Shown here one piece after another: positions 51,933 through 62,270 of a DNA stretch of 64,000 nucleotides (positions within the stretch are counted from its first letter, which is position 1; every line of letters begins with the position of its first letter). The DNA comes from Salinispira sp. (GTDB lineage Bacteria; Spirochaetota; Spirochaetia; DSM-27196; Salinispiraceae): contig CBDDDG010000018.1 of NCBI GenBank assembly GCA_965226555.1, positions 42,548 through 106,547 of the forward strand. Reading direction: 5' to 3'. The notes under the pieces were generated by a model. That model did not search any database. It saw only the letters and a program-made list of their open reading frames with translations, and had not been told where the DNA came from. A program made the position numbers and the translations under genes.

Positions 51933-52910
51933 TCAAAACAGTCCCCGAACCTTAATTGAGTGAACAAGAAGGTGTATAACATAAAATACAAGAGTAAGAA
52001 ACAGAAACAGCCGATAGCGGATCACATTTCCCAGTCTGAAACCGTTACTGTCCCGCTGCTGGATTAAGCCCATAATTTCTTCGTACATTGTATGCGATAC
52101 TACCGGGCTTTCGAGGTATGTCCCATTCGTCAGACGGGCAATGTCCTTCAACACCGTACTGTTGCGTTTTGCAATAACCGTCTTATTGTCTTTTTTCAAA
52201 ACACTGTCTCCCTGGGGAATGGCAGCGCCTTCCTCAGTTCCCAGACCATAGGCAAAAATGGGAATGCCCTTCCGGGCGGCAAGCAGGGCAGCTCTGTCGC
52301 TGTTGCCGCTCAGTGAATCGCCATCTGAAAACAGAATGATAACTCTGTGAGTATTAATGCCCGGAGGAAACGACTCAATTGCCGTTTCCAGAGCCAGCTC
52401 AAGGTTACTGCCGGGTGTTGAAATTACCTCAGTATTTAAAAAGGCAAGAACATTTTCCAGAGCAAAGACGTCCGTTGTCGGGGGCAGAAGCAGGGTGCCA
52501 TCTCCCTTGAAGGCTACCAGACCCATTCGGGAACCAGTATATTTCTCGCTTAGTTCCTGTATGAAATCTCTGGCGCGCCCGAGGCGATTCGGCTGAACAT
52601 CCTCCGCAAGCATACTATATGACACATCTACCACATACATTATATCAATACCAACACGATCTTCCTCAATTGGCTCCTCCCTCCAGCTCAGCCCCGAAAG
52701 GCTCAATACAAAAAATGTATATACAAGGAGCATGCAGAGAGATGAAAGGAGCCACTTAATGAAAAATACTGAGCGCAGACCCTTCTTGTTCCAAATTGTT
52801 CCCAGTTTTTTGAGGTCCCTGCGATTGAGCCGATATTCTCTCAACTGAAACAAAAATAAGACCGGCAGGCCGAGAAACATGAGGAATATCGATAGATCCG
52901 ATAGAATCAT
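51933..52910 (-). CDS. batB: BatB-like vWA protein
   Basis: DVSYSMLAEDVQPNRL, FSDG. Confidence 0.82.
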   Translation of the reverse strand: MILSDLSIFLMFLGLPVLFLFQLREYRLNRRDLKKLGTIWNKKGLRSVFFIKWLLSSLCMLLVYTFFVLSLSGLSWREEPIEEDRVGIDIMYVVDVSYSMLAEDVQPNRLGRARDFIQELSEKYTGSRMGLVAFKGDGTLLLPPTTDVFALENVLAFLNTEVISTPGSNLELALETAIESFPPGINTHRVIILFSDGDSLSGNSDRAALLAARKGIPIFAYGLGTEEGAAIPQGDSVLKKDNKTVIAKRNSTVLKDIARLTNGTYLESPVVSHTMYEEIMGLIQQRDSNGFRLGNVIRYRLFLFLTLVFYVIHLLVHSIKVRGLF

Positions 52911-53926
52911 AATAACTCTCTGAGCAGCATTTTTCTCAGAATGTAGTCCAGAACAATGAGCGCAAAGGCTGCCAATATGATCTGCCGGTGCTGGGGTTCT
53001 TTCACAACATCGACTCGAATTCGTGTTTCAACCCGTTCAAGACTGTCAATGGCTAAAAGAACCTTTTCAAAATTCTGAGGATTTGTTACGGTATAGTACT
53101 CCCCGCCGGACTGGACGGCAATCTGCTGGAGAAGATCTTCATGCTGCCTCCCCCGATATGTTGCCCGATACGGCCTTCCTGTTTCAGGATCAATAAACTC
53201 GATGAAGCCCTCTCCATCGCTTCCAATATCGACAACATAAATACGAATACCCGCCTCCACCGCAAGCGCGGTAGCCGATAAGGGACGGATTTCGCCCGCA
53301 TTGTTTTCCCCATCGGTAAATAAAATGATGAGTTTTTCATCAACAGATGAATCGAGCAAGTGAAGTGATGCCAGCGCTATGCCCATACCGAGGGCAGTTC
53401 CCTCGCCAAGCTCCAGCACCTGCAATTTTCCGACCGCATCTGTCAGGTAGTCGTATTTGAGGGTGGGCGGAACCCGCAATGCCGCTTCAGAACCAAAGGC
53501 AACCAGCCCAATGGAATCGTTATTTCTCCGTTCCACAAAGCGGCGCACTGTTTCCTGCATACTCGTAAGACGGGAGGTTCCGGCAAAATCCTGAACCGCC
53601 ATGGAGGGGGAAACATCGAGCACAAGCATAATGTCAATTCCCTGGGAAATAAATACCCGTTCCTTCATAATTTTCACCGGCCCCGCAAGACCGACAACAA
53701 TAAGCGCCAGTCCTAACAGCGACATGATCTGGGAAACAACATAGACAATGGTAAAACCATTCACAGATGCCGAAAATCCCTTTCCATTCCAGTTGCTGAA
53801 GGCAAAAAGGAAGCGTCCGCCCCGTTTTTTCCATATATACTTAATATATATGAGGGGAATGAAGAAAAATAAGAGGAGAAAGGCGGCAGGATAATCGAAA
53901 ACCCATGTTTCAGGAGTCAAAACCAT
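52907..53926 (-). CDS. batA: BatA-like vWA protein
   Basis: DVSPSM, GTALGMG, FTDGENNAG, IDSLE. Confidence 0.85.
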   Translation of the reverse strand: MVLTPETWVFDYPAAFLLLFFFIPLIYIKYIWKKRGGRFLFAFSNWNGKGFSASVNGFTIVYVVSQIMSLLGLALIVVGLAGPVKIMKERVFISQGIDIMLVLDVSPSMAVQDFAGTSRLTSMQETVRRFVERRNNDSIGLVAFGSEAALRVPPTLKYDYLTDAVGKLQVLELGEGTALGMGIALASLHLLDSSVDEKLIILFTDGENNAGEIRPLSATALAVEAGIRIYVVDIGSDGEGFIEFIDPETGRPYRATYRGRQHEDLLQQIAVQSGGEYYTVTNPQNFEKVLLAIDSLERVETRIRVDVVKEPQHRQIILAAFALIVLDYILRKMLLRELL

Positions 53927-55002
53927 GCCTCCGCCGACTGGAGGCCGCCGGCTTTGCCAGTTTTGCCAGTTTCGCCAGTTTTGCCGGCTTTGCTGGCTTT
54001 GCCAGTTTCGCCGGCTTTGCCGGAAAATTCTTCATCGCTTTCATGTTTCCGGTAATGAATTTCAATGTGATCCAGTACTTCCTGAAGTTGTTCAAGGTGA
54101 TGAATGCGGGATCGCAGGGTCGATGGCTGAGAGGCAAATTTTACCAGATCGCCATGGTGAAAAAGCCTGATAATAAAATCCCGATCCTCGGGGTTTTTCA
54201 GCGCATGTCTGAGATATGTTTCCAATTCTCCGGTTGTCGCAACCTTCACATTTTGCCGCATGCGGCCGCTGAGATATTCACGAACTAAATCAAGAAGCTG
54301 AATATAAAAATTCCTTCCGTCCATAAGGCTTGCCCTGCCGGTAAGTTCCTTCAGATTTTTTTCAAGTATGCGGTAGGGCCGCCGTTTCCGATACAGCGCA
54401 ATCAACTTCTGAACATACCTGCGGCACCATGTGAACATGGGAATTCCGAGAAGCGGCAAGGTAAACATGAGGATGGCTATGAGCATAATAATGATCTGCG
54501 TTCCCGGAAATATCACCTGCCCCTGACCAACAGCCAATTCTGTTCCCTCAAGAAGCGAGGTAACAAAAATGGAGATATCGCCAATAACAATGGCGCCGAG
54601 ATCAATGGGAGGCATGGTTTGTGTGCCCGGGTAAAAACTTGTGAAGCGAATGCGGATATCCTGTTCATCATCGCGGGAAACGACGCGTATATCATGAATG
54701 GCGCCCCACTCCGGCTGCGGTATATTCTGCGGAGCCTGTATTTCCTGCTGGGAAAAATTACTCCGCAGACTCAGGCGCAGCTCCACCATATCGCCCACAT
54801 GATAAATTGCGGGAAGAAAGAGCATGCGGGAAACGGCATATTCTTCTGCCGAAACAGCCGGTGAAACCAGCGCCATAAGCAGCACCATAAGCAGACTCCG
54901 AAAAACACCCCGAAAAACACCCAAAAAAACACACAGAGAAATAAAAAATCTCCCGCTGTTATGAACTTTCATTGCGAAAGTTCCGCTTCCGCAAAAATTC
55001 AT
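53917..55002 (-). CDS. Bat-cluster membrane protein with 9-bp-repeat tail
   Basis: TTGEL and DLVKFA motifs typical of the gene between DUF58 and batA. Confidence 0.7.
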   Translation of the reverse strand: MNFCGSGTFAMKVHNSGRFFISLCVFLGVFRGVFRSLLMVLLMALVSPAVSAEEYAVSRMLFLPAIYHVGDMVELRLSLRSNFSQQEIQAPQNIPQPEWGAIHDIRVVSRDDEQDIRIRFTSFYPGTQTMPPIDLGAIVIGDISIFVTSLLEGTELAVGQGQVIFPGTQIIIMLIAILMFTLPLLGIPMFTWCRRYVQKLIALYRKRRPYRILEKNLKELTGRASLMDGRNFYIQLLDLVREYLSGRMRQNVKVATTGELETYLRHALKNPEDRDFIIRLFHHGDLVKFASQPSTLRSRIHHLEQLQEVLDHIEIHYRKHESDEEFSGKAGETGKASKAGKTGETGKTGKAGGLQSAEAWF

Positions 55003-55868
55003 CTGAATTTTTTCCGTTTTCGAAAGAAACGTATCAGCTTCGGAAGTGGATCTTCATGGGCATGTATTTCAAGAGGGCTTATTCCCCGTTTGAGGCATTC
55101 ACGAAGCCATTGCTTTCGGTGCAATGACCAGTACTCTTGGTAATTTTTTCGGAACTTCCAGTTGGAGCCGCAGCCGAGGAACGATTTTCCACTTTCGGCA
55201 TCTTCAATTTTCATAAGTCCGGTTGCCGGAAAATACATTTCTTCCTGGCTGACAAGTCGAATTGCCAGCACATCATGCCGCTTTGCAAGAATACTCAGAT
55301 GCCGCCAGTATCCATGACTTTTAAAATCGGAAAGAATAATACAAATACCACGCCGCGCCAATGTTTCCCCCGTTGTTTTAATCGCCAGCCCGAGGTCTGA
55401 CCCCCGGCTCTGGGGTTCAAGGCGGAGCATATCATGAATGAGCCTGAGCGCATGCTTCCTCCCCTTAACGGGGCCTACCCATTTCTCAATGCGGTCGCTG
55501 AAGAACACCGCCCCAACCTGATCATTATTGTTAATTGCAGAGAGGGTGAAAATGGTAAAAATAAGGTTCGCATTCTCAGCGAGTTCTTCACTGAAAATTG
55601 ATGAGGTCATGGAGGCTGAAACATCCATAAGAATAAACATCACGATCTCCCGCTCTTCCTTAAATGTTTTTGTGAATGCTGAGTTCATTCGGCTTGTTAC
55701 ATTCCAGTCGATACGGCGGGGATCATCTCCCTCCACATATTCCCGAACTTCGGAAAATTCTATGCCCGGCCCTTTGAAAATTGAATGATAATTTCCACTC
55801 AGAAGGCTTTCGATAAGCTTGGTGGAGATAATTTCTAAGTTTTTGACGCGGGCAATGAGATTGTTCAT
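54999..55868 (-). CDS. DUF58 family protein
   Basis: GIEFSEVREYVEGDDPRRIDWNVT, DVSASM, LSDF. Confidence 0.92.
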   Translation of the reverse strand: MNNLIARVKNLEIISTKLIESLLSGNYHSIFKGPGIEFSEVREYVEGDDPRRIDWNVTSRMNSAFTKTFKEEREIVMFILMDVSASMTSSIFSEELAENANLIFTIFTLSAINNNDQVGAVFFSDRIEKWVGPVKGRKHALRLIHDMLRLEPQSRGSDLGLAIKTTGETLARRGICIILSDFKSHGYWRHLSILAKRHDVLAIRLVSQEEMYFPATGLMKIEDAESGKSFLGCGSNWKFRKNYQEYWSLHRKQWLRECLKRGISPLEIHAHEDPLPKLIRFFRKRKKFR

Positions 55869-56860
55869 GGCACATGAACTTCGGAAAGAAGTTGACGGAT
55901 AATATCGGCGCTTGTCATATCTTCACTCTCGGCTTCATAGCTGAGGTTAATGCGATGCCGCAATACCATGGGCGAAACGTGTTTAACATCTTCCGGAACA
56001 ACAAAGCTTCTCCCCTCAAGGAGCGCCTGTACCTTTGCGCAGCGGTAGAGGTAGATACTGGCCCTCGGAGAAGCTCCAAACTCAATAAACCGGGAAAGCC
56101 CGCCCATGTCCTTCTTCCGGCTTATGGTAACAATGTTGATAATGTATTCTTCAATTCGCTCATCCACGCGTATGTGGGCAGCGGTATTCTTCAGAAAGCG
56201 TATGTCCGATTCCCTAATGAGTTGTTTGAGGTCTCTGGTAAAAGGGTTTCCCATTCTTCGGAGGATTTTCAGCTCCTCTTCGCGGGTCGGATAATCGACG
56301 GTGAGTTTGAGAATGAAACGATCGAGCTGCGCTTCGGGCAGCGGGTAGGTTCCTTCCTGTTCAATGGGGTTCTGGGTAGCAAGCACGAAAAAATGCTCCG
56401 GCAGAGGATAGGTATTGTCGCCTATGGTAACCTGCTTCTCCTCCATGGCCTCAAGCATGGCCGATTGCACCTTGGCAGGAGCGCGATTCACCTCATCGGC
56501 AAGGATGATGTTTGAGAAAAGCGGACCCTTACGCGGAACAAATTCACCGGTCTGCTGCCGATATATCATTGTACCGACTAAATCGGCAGGAAGCAGATCG
56601 GGGGTAAACTGAATGCGTTTATATGTCGCATCAATTACCTCCGATACACTCTTAATGGCAAGGGTTTTGGCAAGCCCGGGAACACCTTCCAAAATAACAT
56701 GACCCCCCGCAAGCATTCCCATGAAAATGCCTTCAATCATCCTCACCTGCCCGACAATTACCTGAGAAATTTCTTCCATGGCAGCGCGGATGAGATCGCG
56801 GGCCTGCATGACTTCCTGATCAAATTCCTTTCGTTCCTGTTCTTTTATACTCATTTTCAA
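55865..56860 (-). CDS. moxR: MoxR family AAA+ ATPase
   Basis: EGVPGLAKT, RIQFTPDLLPAD, DEVNRA, ATQNPIEQEGTYPLPEAQLDRF. Confidence 0.95.
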   Translation of the reverse strand: MKMSIKEQERKEFDQEVMQARDLIRAAMEEISQVIVGQVRMIEGIFMGMLAGGHVILEGVPGLAKTLAIKSVSEVIDATYKRIQFTPDLLPADLVGTMIYRQQTGEFVPRKGPLFSNIILADEVNRAPAKVQSAMLEAMEEKQVTIGDNTYPLPEHFFVLATQNPIEQEGTYPLPEAQLDRFILKLTVDYPTREEELKILRRMGNPFTRDLKQLIRESDIRFLKNTAAHIRVDERIEEYIINIVTISRKKDMGGLSRFIEFGASPRASIYLYRCAKVQALLEGRSFVVPEDVKHVSPMVLRHRINLSYEAESEDMTSADIIRQLLSEVHVP

Positions 56861-58146
56861 CTCCGATAGTCAGCATTTTCGCTGACATATTCATGACCAA
56901 GATCAGAAGCGAATACCTTCTGAAACGGCGCATTTTTATCGTCACCAAGATCAATGACAATGTGAACGAGACAATTGTTCTGCGGGTATCCGCGTATCTG
57001 CGGATCCTGCGACTGCGCTTTCAAATAGGCGGTGAGGTTTTCTTCACGATCCTTCAGCATATCGAAGGATCCCGAGTGAAAAACGGTCTCTTCTCCTATG
57101 CGTATGGAGAGGTTGCGGGTATTCAGGGAATAGCCCTCGGCAGCTGCCTGATCGCCTATTGCGGCAAGAATTCGTCCGACATTCGGATCGTTACCGTATA
57201 TTGCTGTTTTTACCAGCGGACTATTTGCCGCTGCCTTTGCAAGGCTCCGGCAGAGAGCGCCGTTGGGGTTGCCTCCGACCTCAATGCGCATAACATGCGC
57301 TGTTCCTTCTCCGTTGCGGACAATGTCCATACTCACTTCCTCGCAGAGCTCCTGAAGAGCGCGTTTGAATTCCGAGAGTGATGCGCGATGTTTCCGGGAA
57401 CTGAAGGCCAGCGCCATATCGCTGGTACTCTGATCTCCGTCCACCGAAATAGTATTGAAGGTGGTATGGGCAACATCCCTGAGGATGTTCCGGAGCTCCT
57501 CGCGTTCTATATCAATATCTGTCATAATAAACACAAGCATGGTTGCCATATTCGGCTCAATCATACCTGCGCCCTTGGCAACTGCCATAATTTTTCCCTG
57601 CCCGAGCGTTCTTGCGCGAATTTTAGGATATCGGTCGGTGGTCATAATGGCCTCGGCAAAATGAATAACGGTTCTCTGCGTACTTGAAAGAAGATTCGGC
57701 AGAGCGTGAAGCATTTCATTCAGCGGGAGGCGCCAGCCGATAATGCCGGTTGAACTGGGAAAAATGCCCTCGCCGTCAATGCCAAAGAGCTCGCCTGCCC
57801 TCGTGCAGAGTATGCCTGCGGTTTCCATGCCGTCCTTTACCGCAACATTGGATATGCGGTTGTTCACGAGGACGCCCCGCATTGTCTTCCGCTCAAGACG
57901 TTTTCTGCCAATTTTTACCGGCGCGCCGCAGGCCTCGTTACGGGTGAACACCCCCGCGAAAGAAGTACTCGGTTCGTCCAGAAGGAGGGCGGCAATGTTC
58001 ATGCGGCACTCGGTATCCCGCTCCGCCGGAACGAAGGTGAGGGAGGTAACCATGGAATAAAACCCATCCGGAAATCCTCCAAGGGCACTGAGATGTTGGT
58101 AATAGTCTTCTTTTTCTTTACATACTGTCATTACACTCAAACGCAT
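56857..58146 (-). CDS. argJ: Bifunctional ornithine acetyltransferase ArgJ
   Basis: STGIIG, IMTTD, KGAGMIEPNMATML, NADYRS. Confidence 0.95.
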   Translation of the reverse strand: MRLSVMTVCKEKEDYYQHLSALGGFPDGFYSMVTSLTFVPAERDTECRMNIAALLLDEPSTSFAGVFTRNEACGAPVKIGRKRLERKTMRGVLVNNRISNVAVKDGMETAGILCTRAGELFGIDGEGIFPSSTGIIGWRLPLNEMLHALPNLLSSTQRTVIHFAEAIMTTDRYPKIRARTLGQGKIMAVAKGAGMIEPNMATMLVFIMTDIDIEREELRNILRDVAHTTFNTISVDGDQSTSDMALAFSSRKHRASLSEFKRALQELCEEVSMDIVRNGEGTAHVMRIEVGGNPNGALCRSLAKAAANSPLVKTAIYGNDPNVGRILAAIGDQAAAEGYSLNTRNLSIRIGEETVFHSGSFDMLKDREENLTAYLKAQSQDPQIRGYPQNNCLVHIVIDLGDDKNAPFQKVFASDLGHEYVSENADYRS

Positions 58147-58167
58147 AATACATGTGCGGCTGCGCTT

Positions 58168-58371
58168 TTAGGCCTTACCGTTTTCCCTACTATTTTCATG
58201 GCTGTTTTTCTGAAATGCTCGAATGTCATATTCACTGATATCGGTTAACTCATGAATAATATCCATCGACATGCCCTTCCTGAGCATTTTGAATGCAATC
58301 TCACGCTGGTTCTCAGCTTGCCCCTGCTCAACACCTGCCAGAAATGACTTATCGAAAAGGTCTACCAACAT
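58168..58371 (-). CDS. Orphan RpnS-like small protein, 67 aa
   Basis: MLVDLFDK..GVEQGQ..MLRKGMSMDIIHELTDIS; same catcctgaggagg SD context as 22467. Confidence 0.78.
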   Translation of the reverse strand: MLVDLFDKSFLAGVEQGQAENQREIAFKMLRKGMSMDIIHELTDISEYDIRAFQKNSHENSRENGKA

Positions 58372-58656
58372 AGTTTTTGCCTCCTCAGGATGTACCAGCC
58401 GGCTGCATGGCGAGCAGAAGGCGCAAGCCTCCGACCAGCAAATAATTTCTTTGCATCATCTTTCGTTATCGTACCATAAAACCGTATGCTTATCCACTCA
58501 TAGAACAGAACTTTCCCAACAATTTTTTCAGACCATTGCAGGAACTCTCATACACATTCATGATCCGCAATTATCAACACATCACAGAATTCCTGAGTAT
58601 TTTACTCATTGAAACTTTTGCATCCCCAGTAGCAAAAGTTTCAATCTGTGAATGAA

Positions 58657-58696
58657 TATAGGTCAAAATGGGGTCAGATCAAAGGTTTATATCTCA
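58657..58696 (+). mobile_element. Solo downstream end of the IS481-like element
   Basis: Reverse complement TGAGATATAAACCTTTGATCTGACCCCATTTTGACCTAT matches the IS end. Confidence 0.8.
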
Positions 58697-58699
58697 GGG

Positions 58700-58816
58700 A
58701 AAAGAGAAAAATTGCTTGACACAAACGAATTTTTTGATGATACTGGATCACAGTGAAGCTTAAAAAACGCTATTTACGCGATGTAGTGGGAAATACGCGT
58801 GTTTCCAGAGCTTCCC
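58700..58816 (+). promoter_or_regulatory. Promoter plus structured leader, copy 1
   Basis: TTGACA(58716)-17 bp-GATACT; highly similar to inverted copy 63633-63750. Confidence 0.8.
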
Positions 58817-58838
58817 GTATATATGATCCATACCAGAT

Positions 58839-60560
58839 TTGCTGGATATTTCTGAACATGAGGTGGTTATGAAAGATATTAACACATTTTTGAGAGAAGG
58901 GCTTCCATCCATATTTGACAAAATTATGATTGCTCCCGATATTCCAGAAAAGAAGTTAAACAATGCTATTAAGGCATTTGCTTATACAAAGAGCCCCGGT
59001 TATATTGTGGCGCTATTTGATAATACACTCCTTGGAAGCTCAAAAGAAGGATTAATTTTTACCGGAGAACAACTAATATATCGCGCTACATTCTCCGATC
59101 CGGTAACAATTAATTATGCTTCCATTACCGATGTCAAATGCGAAAAAATACTCATTAATAAAGAAAAAAATAAAACAGAAGAAGTTGTGTCTATAAACCA
59201 TGGGGCAGAAAATCCTACTTCAATAAAAAATCTCATCAGCTGCAACAATGAGAAATTTGTTGCTCTTTTGAATTCAATTGTTACAGAATTTGATGACTAT
59301 AATGAAGCCGAGCAACAAGTACCAATTTCGGAGATGAGTGAAGAGTTAAAAATTGCATATCTTCAAATTATTATAAACATGGCCTTTGACAATGATGATA
59401 TTGTTGATGATAAAGAGTTGGCAGAAATACTCTTGTTGACGACTCGATTAAAACTGAATTCAGACACTCGATTTCAATTGCGAACGTACATGACATTACC
59501 AGAGCATTTAAAGCCAACCGAAGAATTGATAGTCCAATTAAATGCGGAAAGCCCTGAAGGACAAAAAACTTCTCTTCATGTCTCTTTGGTAAAAGATCTT
59601 ATAAACCTTTTTATGTCCACGGGCGGGAAATCCATTGATGATTTTGCCTTTTTTCAAAAGAATAAGAATTTATTTGAGGTTTCGGACGAACAATTGGAGT
59701 TGATTTTGGATGCTATTGAAGCAGATCATAAAATGTTGAAAGATGACATTACCGATGACCAACTCAAGAAAACATTGAAAGGTCTGGCCGCGAAGGCGGC
59801 TGCCGTAGGGACTCCTCTGGCTGCTGTATATCTTTCCGGCTCTGTTATTGGCATGTCTGCGGCAGGGTTAAGCTCTGGGTTGGCCGCTTTGGGCATGGGT
59901 GGCGCGTTAGGATTATCAAGCATGGCAACGGGAATTGGCGTTGCTGTTCTTTTGGGCGTAGCTGCTTATAGTGGAATAAAAAAGGTTACGGGAGCCAATG
60001 AGCTAGACCGATTCAAAGTACGGGAATTAATGCTGGATGCGGTAATAAAACAGACCCAGTTAACAATTACTCTTTTAATTGATGACCTTAACTTTATTAC
60101 CCTGAAAATCAACGGCTGCATTAGAAACCAGAATGAGCAAGACGAAAAATTAAAGCAATTTACAACCATATTGAAACAGTTAACCGGGGCTGGAAATGTT
60201 CTGTCAAAAAAAGCAGATTTTGCCCAGCGTGGCATAAACAAGTCAAAATGCGCCCAATATTTGAATATTAAAAAGCTAAAATCCTTAACGCAAGAACCTA
60301 CGAAGGCAGGGCTTTATAAATTTATAGCAGACTGCTATGAGGAGCGTGAATTTACCCTTGAAAAGGATGGAGCCAAAACTAAGATAATTAAACTGGTCCC
60401 CAAAAACGAATTGATGACGGATCAGCTTGAGGCATTGGCTGAAGCTTTTGAGGCTGTCGGATACTTTAGTGCATCAACGGTCGTAAAATCCGCGACTCAA
60501 GATATCTTGAAAAATATTGCTCATGGTGGGGTGAGAAAAATCAAAGAACACCTCTCATGA
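58839..60560 (+). CDS. TerB-like domain protein with glycine-rich TM hairpin (start may be 58869)
   Basis: AYLQIIINMAFDNDDIVDDKE TerB-like motif, GLSSGLAALGMGG hydrophobic stretch, coiled coil; lower GC. Confidence 0.6.
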   Translation: MLDISEHEVVMKDINTFLREGLPSIFDKIMIAPDIPEKKLNNAIKAFAYTKSPGYIVALFDNTLLGSSKEGLIFTGEQLIYRATFSDPVTINYASITDVKCEKILINKEKNKTEEVVSINHGAENPTSIKNLISCNNEKFVALLNSIVTEFDDYNEAEQQVPISEMSEELKIAYLQIIINMAFDNDDIVDDKELAEILLLTTRLKLNSDTRFQLRTYMTLPEHLKPTEELIVQLNAESPEGQKTSLHVSLVKDLINLFMSTGGKSIDDFAFFQKNKNLFEVSDEQLELILDAIEADHKMLKDDITDDQLKKTLKGLAAKAAAVGTPLAAVYLSGSVIGMSAAGLSSGLAALGMGGALGLSSMATGIGVAVLLGVAAYSGIKKVTGANELDRFKVRELMLDAVIKQTQLTITLLIDDLNFITLKINGCIRNQNEQDEKLKQFTTILKQLTGAGNVLSKKADFAQRGINKSKCAQYLNIKKLKSLTQEPTKAGLYKFIADCYEEREFTLEKDGAKTKIIKLVPKNELMTDQLEALAEAFEAVGYFSASTVVKSATQDILKNIAHGGVRKIKEHLS

Positions 60561-62044
60561 ACTATGACGATCTACTTACTGATAAGGCGAAAGCTTTAGC
60601 GGCGCAAAAGCATCAATTAAATTCTGGTCAAAATAAACTGGAAGAAGGCAATCAATGCCTTGACGAGATATCATCGTCTCAGAACGAAAACACCGAAATT
60701 CTGGAAAATATGCTAAAAAAAGTACAAAACGCTCCTTCGGATAACGGTATTGTTTTTGTTACCGAGGATGAAGATGATGAATTTTTAATAGAAGCATCTT
60801 GCTCCGAATCGCTTGATTCACGCGTACCAATGAAGGAGATGAGTCTTATTGAAGGAATTTCGTTTGATCCTTCAATGAATTGGGATGAATACTCCGATCG
60901 TGTTCAAACGTATTTAACGGAAAATAATATTCAACTTGGAATAGATCCATTCAAAAACCTAATGACCACTTCGCAACGCATTGAGTTAGAAAAGCGTATT
61001 AAAAACGACTTTACCTTAAAAAAAGCCCGCTGCGACAAATATGATTACATGATCGCAGGCACATGCGGATTCATCGGAGGGATTGTAGACATTTTCTTTG
61101 TTGGAGCTCCGGGTGAAGGAGATTTGACACATTTTACCGATAAAATGACCGACAAAGCGGTCGAATCGTTCGCATCATTCTGTGGCTGGAATGCCACCAA
61201 AAATAATTCCACACGCAGCGCAATTGGTTCTCTGGAAGGAAAATTTAAAGTAAACTACGATCATCGTCATGGAGGTGATGTTGGGGGCAGGTTCAAAATG
61301 AGCACAAAAAATCACCACATTAAAAATCTGGCACACTCTCCAGATTTAATTGGACTTTTTTTCTCAATTCTTGACCAATTTACCAACTCAGCTCATTTTG
61401 CGGACAAGGGAAAACTTATCTGTATTGACACAGAACATTATGAATTGAAAGGAAGTGGGTTTATTCCACAAATAGTTGCGGGCTTCGTGAATTGGCTGGG
61501 ACATTTATTCTCCGATGTTTCCGGTTCATCGGGATCAGTGAATCGTGGTTCAGGCATTCCAATACCTTTCTACTCTTTGTTGCAGTTCATAAATGTGGGA
61601 GAATTTGGACAGTATAAACAATCCTTCGCTCAAATTGCAGTTCAAGTTTTTGAGAAAGGTTATGATTTTCGGCATGGATTTGCGCTGGCGATTCCAGTTG
61701 TTATAACAGAACTTCTTGCCCGAATCACGTGGAGCCTAAAAAGGCATTATTATGACCGAATAGAATGGAAGAAATGTATTCCCGAGGCCAATAACCCCGA
61801 ACTTCGCAGGGTTCTATTAGTAGCACATGGATCTTTATGTTTGCTAGATGTTACTGACGCGGGATTACGTTCGGGAGGCAACATTATTTCATTTATGTTA
61901 CGGAGCAATATAATTGCATGGGTGAGATTTGGATTACTCGCATTGAAAGAGGTCAAAACTTACTATTTAGAAGACAGTTTAGACCATGAAGAAATCGATA
62001 ATTATTTGGAATCTGAATATCAGCGATTGTTGAACGTATCCTGA
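60557..62044 (+). CDS. Hypothetical membrane-associated protein coupled to the TerB-like gene
   Basis: 495 aa, ATGA overlap, HH...LAH and GHLFSD motifs, hydrophobic helices. Confidence 0.75.
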   Translation: MNYDDLLTDKAKALAAQKHQLNSGQNKLEEGNQCLDEISSSQNENTEILENMLKKVQNAPSDNGIVFVTEDEDDEFLIEASCSESLDSRVPMKEMSLIEGISFDPSMNWDEYSDRVQTYLTENNIQLGIDPFKNLMTTSQRIELEKRIKNDFTLKKARCDKYDYMIAGTCGFIGGIVDIFFVGAPGEGDLTHFTDKMTDKAVESFASFCGWNATKNNSTRSAIGSLEGKFKVNYDHRHGGDVGGRFKMSTKNHHIKNLAHSPDLIGLFFSILDQFTNSAHFADKGKLICIDTEHYELKGSGFIPQIVAGFVNWLGHLFSDVSGSSGSVNRGSGIPIPFYSLLQFINVGEFGQYKQSFAQIAVQVFEKGYDFRHGFALAIPVVITELLARITWSLKRHYYDRIEWKKCIPEANNPELRRVLLVAHGSLCLLDVTDAGLRSGGNIISFMLRSNIIAWVRFGLLALKEVKTYYLEDSLDHEEIDNYLESEYQRLLNVS

Positions 62045-62109
62045 TGTGAAATACGGGTTACAGCAACAAATCCTGCGGCATAGATGATGCAACATGCTGA
62101 TTCGATCGA

Positions 62110-62270
62110 AGGGTTCTTAAGGTTAATGTCCACGCGGTAGTAGGCATCGGGGCTGGGAGAATCAATATCCTCTGCCGTACATTCGGCAACAATTAGATAT
62201 TGGAATTGTCCCAATAAACAAAAACGGATTTTTCGGATTTCGCCGTAGAATCGGCAGTTTCGATTTGCAT
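62110..62270 (-). pseudogene. Frameshifted, truncated NYN-domain-like gene
   Basis: SD AGGAGG, MQIETADSTAKSEKSVFVYWDNSNI then stop; other frame continues IVAECTAE..DAYYRVDINLKN. Confidence 0.55.

Noticed and set aside
58440..58610. Possible decayed gene (EFCDVLIIAD on the minus strand)
   Set aside because: Too short and stop-interrupted to assign.
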